This document shows positions 54,026-58,224 of a DNA stretch of 58,224 nucleotides, piece by piece; positions within the stretch are counted from its first letter, which is position 1, and each line of letters begins with the position of its first letter. The notes under the pieces are model-generated. The model was not told where the DNA came from. It worked only from the letters and a program-made list of their open reading frames with translations, and searched no databases. Source of the DNA: a virus (lineage: Duplodnaviria > Caudoviricetes); the IMG/VR virus record IMGVR_UViG_3300036761_003285, positions 1 through 58,224 of that record; one strand, written 5' to 3'. The translations under genes and the position numbers were made by a program.

Positions 54026-56797
54026 ATGCAACAAGTAATCATGGGCGGCTTCAACGACGCCCTCAGCCAGGCCGCAAGTGAGTACAACTCCGTAATGGGA
54101 GGGATGGCCTGGAATGCGACAGAGTCTACTGTCTACCAGGTCGTGCCCACAGCGGGCTACTTCAGTAAGTTGTGTGTCAACCTTTCCGCTGTTGTAGCCA
54201 CTGGAAGCAATACCTTTGTGTTCACGCTGATGGTTGACGGTGTGCCATCTGCCTTGGCTGTCACAATTGGCAAAGGAAGCTTGTCAGGGAGAAGCTTCAA
54301 CACCGCTGTGGCAGTGACTGCTGGCCAGACAGTTTCCATTCGTTCTTCCTATACAGGTGCTCCTGGAACACCAACGGCTGCGTGGACGATCTGCTTTGCT
54401 TCTACTACTGCTGGTGAGTCGATTTGTATGACGAATGGCTTGGCAAACACCGGTGCAGATCGTTTTGTCCCAATTCAAGGGGCAGGCGGAGCGGATGCCA
54501 CAGAAGCCAATGCCAACAATCCAATCCCAACAGCGGGCACGCTCAAGAAGTTGTATGTGAAGCTCTCGGCTGACCCTGGCACTGACCCAGATGCGTATTC
54601 ATTCACGTTGCAGAAAGGAGGAGTGCCACAGACACTCACTTGTACGATCACAGCGGATGCGACTACAGGGAACGATTTGGTCAACACTGTCGCTGTGGCC
54701 GCTGGTGATCTAGTAGACGTGCTCATTCACTTTCTCAATACACCTGCGGTGGCTCCTACGGCCGCAATCGGCATGGTCTTTGTCTCTGATACTGAGGGCG
54801 AATCTCTGATCTTAGGAGGTTCAACTTCTCAGGCATCTACGAGTGTTGCAAACTTCAATCATGTGATGACAGGCAACACTGCTTGGGTAGCAGCGGCGGC
54901 AGAAGCTACGGTGATGTCTAGTAGTCAGAAGTGTATCTTGAGTAAGTTGTATGTGAAGTTAGATGCTGCTCCCGGAAATGCCAAGTCTTATACTGTGAAT
55001 GTCCGCTATCGAGATTCAAACGGGACTTGGGGGAATACGGGAATCACTACTGGAGCAATCACAGGCGCAGCAGTTACAACCGGAAGTGATACGTCAAACA
55101 CTTACACGACTGATGACTTCTACTTGCAGACCATCTGTGCTACGCCAGCAAGCACTCCCGCCGCGGCCCGCATCCATTGGGGCATGGTCTGTCATTATGC
55201 CCCAAGACTGATCCCCAATCTGACTCTGATTGCCAAAGGTGATGCTACTACGGAGAATGGTGGGGCTTGGGCGGGAGACGCTACACCAGCAGCAGATACC
55301 GAATTCTACAGAGAGGCAGCGGGTTCCATTGGTGGGGCAATTCGTCCCGGTGTAGCGGGTGGTACAGGGTCACTCTGGTTTGCTCCTCTTATTGCATTGA
55401 ACCTTTCTAGTACGCACATCTACATCTGGTTCTGCACCTCAGCCATCAGCTTTTTGCAGACGAAGGCAAACGGAGGGATATACGTCTATGCTTGGACAGA
55501 CGCTACGCATATTTCTCAGTGGTACGTAGACGGTATTGACACCTACAAGGGTGGTTGGAAGTGCTACGTCATTGATACCGCGTCTACACCAAGCGCAAAA
55601 CTTGGAGTGGCTAACTATGCGACAATGTCATCGGTGGCACGAATCGGGATGGGCATTACCACTACAGGCAACCCCGCCAACAGAACCAACAGCTGGGTAG
55701 ACGTTATTCGCTATGGTGACGGCATTACGCTTGAGGGCGGAACAAGCAATGCTCCTGCAACACTGGCACTCATTGAAACTGATGAGTTGAGTATTGCCAG
55801 CGGGAAAGCGTATGGCGTCTGCCGAATTGAAGGCGGCGCTGTGATTTCTCGTGGGAAGCTCCGAATCGGAAGTACGGTTGGAGGAGAAATCACTTACTTC
55901 AAAGACACATCAAAGATTGTGATTTTCGAAGATCGGTCATGGGTGAGTGCTACTTTGTACGATGTAATTCTGCAAGGCAATGCTTCGGCAGATACAGAAA
56001 TCTATTTTGGAGCCAAATCAGGGACGGCGGGAATCTCCGGATGTGTGTTCAAGTCAGAGGGTACGAAGAAGTTCGACGTCACTGCTTCGGACACAAACAT
56101 CACTAAGTTCGGTCTTTACGGCTGTTCGTTTCTTGATGCAGATGTCGTCACTCTACAGGCGTACAATGCCAACAAGAAAGTACTGAACTGTAACTTTGAA
56201 GCCTGCAATGAAGTCGTAGCAAGTTCATGCATTGTTAAGTACTGCAACTTCATTAACGCAGATGACCACGGTGTCTTGCTCCCGTCGCCTAACTACCTTT
56301 CCTATTGCAACTTCATCGGTTGTCCGGTTGGCGTGAGAATCGCCACGATTGACACATACGACTTCTACGGAATGATTTTCACGAACTGCACTGTTGATCT
56401 GGAGAACTCCAGCGCTGGTCTAGTCACAATCCTGAATGATAACGCTTCGGGTTCCAATACAGACACACACACTGAGACCGGAGGCGGGAGTACAGCGATT
56501 GAAAACTCTGTTAATCTCTACGTCAAAGTTGTCGACGAAAACAACGATGCGATTGTTGGAGTAAGAGTCTACATCTTCCTGTCTGCTGATGGGACGATGC
56601 TGCTCGACGACGCAACGGACGGGTCAGGAGAGGTGCAGACTGGCTACACTGATAGTATTCCTGCTAGTATTGGTATTCATATTCGCCACAGCAGCTCTAA
56701 CCCAAGGTATTACCCGATCCAAACCGGCGGAACCATTCTGGCTTCAGGCTTTTCGCTTACGGCAGTTATGATTGAGGACTTGATCGCTGAAGGGTAA
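54026..56797 (+). CDS. Large virion structural/fibre protein (three repeated beta domains, beta-helix-like region)
   Basis: Thr/Ala/Gly-rich; three (S/K)KL(C/Y)V.L...P...FTL repeats; periodic CxF/CNF beta-helix-like repeats near the C-terminus. Confidence 0.75.
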   Translation: MQQVIMGGFNDALSQAASEYNSVMGGMAWNATESTVYQVVPTAGYFSKLCVNLSAVVATGSNTFVFTLMVDGVPSALAVTIGKGSLSGRSFNTAVAVTAGQTVSIRSSYTGAPGTPTAAWTICFASTTAGESICMTNGLANTGADRFVPIQGAGGADATEANANNPIPTAGTLKKLYVKLSADPGTDPDAYSFTLQKGGVPQTLTCTITADATTGNDLVNTVAVAAGDLVDVLIHFLNTPAVAPTAAIGMVFVSDTEGESLILGGSTSQASTSVANFNHVMTGNTAWVAAAAEATVMSSSQKCILSKLYVKLDAAPGNAKSYTVNVRYRDSNGTWGNTGITTGAITGAAVTTGSDTSNTYTTDDFYLQTICATPASTPAAARIHWGMVCHYAPRLIPNLTLIAKGDATTENGGAWAGDATPAADTEFYREAAGSIGGAIRPGVAGGTGSLWFAPLIALNLSSTHIYIWFCTSAISFLQTKANGGIYVYAWTDATHISQWYVDGIDTYKGGWKCYVIDTASTPSAKLGVANYATMSSVARIGMGITTTGNPANRTNSWVDVIRYGDGITLEGGTSNAPATLALIETDELSIASGKAYGVCRIEGGAVISRGKLRIGSTVGGEITYFKDTSKIVIFEDRSWVSATLYDVILQGNASADTEIYFGAKSGTAGISGCVFKSEGTKKFDVTASDTNITKFGLYGCSFLDADVVTLQAYNANKKVLNCNFEACNEVVASSCIVKYCNFINADDHGVLLPSPNYLSYCNFIGCPVGVRIATIDTYDFYGMIFTNCTVDLENSSAGLVTILNDNASGSNTDTHTETGGGSTAIENSVNLYVKVVDENNDAIVGVRVYIFLSADGTMLLDDATDGSGEVQTGYTDSIPASIGIHIRHSSSNPRYYPIQTGGTILASGFSLTAVMIEDLIAEG

Positions 56798-56884
56798 GCG
56801 GAAACCTTTGAACAGGTTTGAAGAAGATAAGAGGAAAACGTATTACAACGACACTTGGGGTCGTTAATCAAAGGAGACTGACAT

Positions 56885-58224
56885 ATGGGTATCAGCGCTG
56901 ACATTCTCATCGACACCGTCAACAAGCGAATCTACATGGACCACGCCTATGACAAGGATGCTGATACGGCGTATTCGGCCCAGGCATTGTACACGTACTT
57001 GATGGATGAGTTTGACGCGCAGGCGAAGATGGATGACACAGTGCCCATCTCGGCCCAGACGCCAAATGCGTTTACGATGATCAACGGCTGGTTCATCGAC
57101 GATGAGACAATCAAGTGGTTCAAAGATGGTTCGATTGGCACTTCGGGCTGGACCCACCCCACCAACCCGACGGGAATTCGTCTCATCACTGTGGATGGTT
57201 CATTGGCTGCTTTGCAGGCGTCGGATATCGGCTTGGCAGTGACCGGCGGGGTGACGGGTGACACTGGTACACTTCTGGCATATGATGCTGCTCGGAAGAC
57301 CCTTTGGGTAAGATGCGACGCTGCCGGGGACACCTTCCAAGATGCTGATGAGGCCATCACTGTCGATGTTCATGCCGTTGGGAACATGACCGGCGTTTCG
57401 ATCACAGGCGAAAACCTCTACGTCAATCTTTATACGCTGGGTACGCTGACAAGCGTTGATGACACTATTTACATCATCCAGGACGGGGCAAAGATCCCGG
57501 CGTGGTGGGATACGGGCATCACTGGTTGCGACGTTCTGGTCAAGGTCAAGGAACTCGGTGTAACGATTGACAGTGGCAACGTTGTCGTTTACTGTCGTTA
57601 CTATCCGTCTGCCGGCAACGCAGCTTTGTTCGATCATTTCCCGATTACGCTTACCGGCGGCCGACAGGCTGTGCCTCTGAGCACCGGTCTCGACTTGAAC
57701 AACACGTCTGCACAGGCGGATGTGATCAAGTACATCAACGGCGTCACTTATACCATCACGTTTTCCTTTGCCGGGCCTTACAGCAGAACGCTTGGTGGTG
57801 TAACGAAGAACTACGATGTCGAGATCGACTGTGACAATGCTCGGTTGTCAGAGGCGTACGAAGCCTTCAAGTACGTCTGCCGTGAAGGCAGCACGACACC
57901 GCTGGACGCTATGGACGGCGAGCAGTACATTTCTGCAAATCCTGTCTACACTCCGTCGAAGCAGTCGCCTTTCGGCACATTTGCAGGCGGTAAGTTCTTC
58001 GGTGCCAGAGGTGTATGGTTGAAGGATTACAACGACCTTGACGCCAAGAACTTCCAGCTCATCAGCTCAGACGGTACGACCGTCTATCCGCCAAACACGG
58101 TCATCTGTGCTGTTACCAGTTTGGTAGCAGGTGACTCCGTGGCGATGTTTCTCAAGACGGGTGAAACTGGTGACATCGAGAAAGACACGTACACGCTTGA
58201 CGGCCAGCATCTGGCGAATGCCAC
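56885..58224 (+). CDS. Virion structural protein (3' truncated by window edge; absent from ORF track)
   Basis: AAGGAG SD; ATG 56885, MGISADILIDTVNKRIY...PISAQTPNAFTMINGWFID; appears open to window end. Confidence 0.8.
   Translation, partial: MGISADILIDTVNKRIYMDHAYDKDADTAYSAQALYTYLMDEFDAQAKMDDTVPISAQTPNAFTMINGWFIDDETIKWFKDGSIGTSGWTHPTNPTGIRLITVDGSLAALQASDIGLAVTGGVTGDTGTLLAYDAARKTLWVRCDAAGDTFQDADEAITVDVHAVGNMTGVSITGENLYVNLYTLGTLTSVDDTIYIIQDGAKIPAWWDTGITGCDVLVKVKELGVTIDSGNVVVYCRYYPSAGNAALFDHFPITLTGGRQAVPLSTGLDLNNTSAQADVIKYINGVTYTITFSFAGPYSRTLGGVTKNYDVEIDCDNARLSEAYEAFKYVCREGSTTPLDAMDGEQYISANPVYTPSKQSPFGTFAGGKFFGARGVWLKDYNDLDAKNFQLISSDGTTVYPPNTVICAVTSLVAGDSVAMFLKTGETGDIEKDTYTLDGQHLANA

Noticed and set aside
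505-57637. Numerous minus-strand ORFs (e.g. 26511-27350, 46531-47241, 45003-45662)
   Set aside because: All shadow well-supported + strand genes and show no recognisable motifs.

Overview
A 58 kb segment of a large tailed dsDNA phage (myovirus with T4-like neck, sheath, tube and baseplate genes). All credible genes are on the + strand and tightly coupled. Order: (i) partial LRR gene, then neck, tail and baseplate genes (1-10 kb); (ii) a second, near-identical LRR cassette; (iii) a gp7/P2-I-like baseplate-fibre protein carrying a SCIFF-like Cys motif, collagen repeats and four Cys-rich domains, followed by an enzyme island (Maf-like plus GT-A glycosyltransferases, a SCIFF-maturase-like radical SAM/SPASM enzyme fused to a GT9 domain, and a GT2) closed by two tail-collar-type genes (10.6-22.7 kb); (iv) a sigma70 promoter leading into a 7-deazaguanine DNA-modification set (queC, folE, PRTase, queF, dpdA-like, with queE further on) and a replication/recombination block (beta-clamp, UDG-PolA, clamp loader, SSB, UvsY-like, RecA, primase, helicases, split SbcCD); (v) small accessory genes; (vi) a second structural/fibre module that runs off the end. 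Best candidate for an undescribed system: a phage-encoded virion-maturation island in which a ranthipeptide-type radical SAM-glycosyltransferase fusion may thioether-crosslink and glycosylate Cys-rich/collagen tail proteins. Second candidate: dispersed LRR cassettes built from shuffled modules on a shared constant tail. All family calls come from motif recognition by eye; no searches were run.
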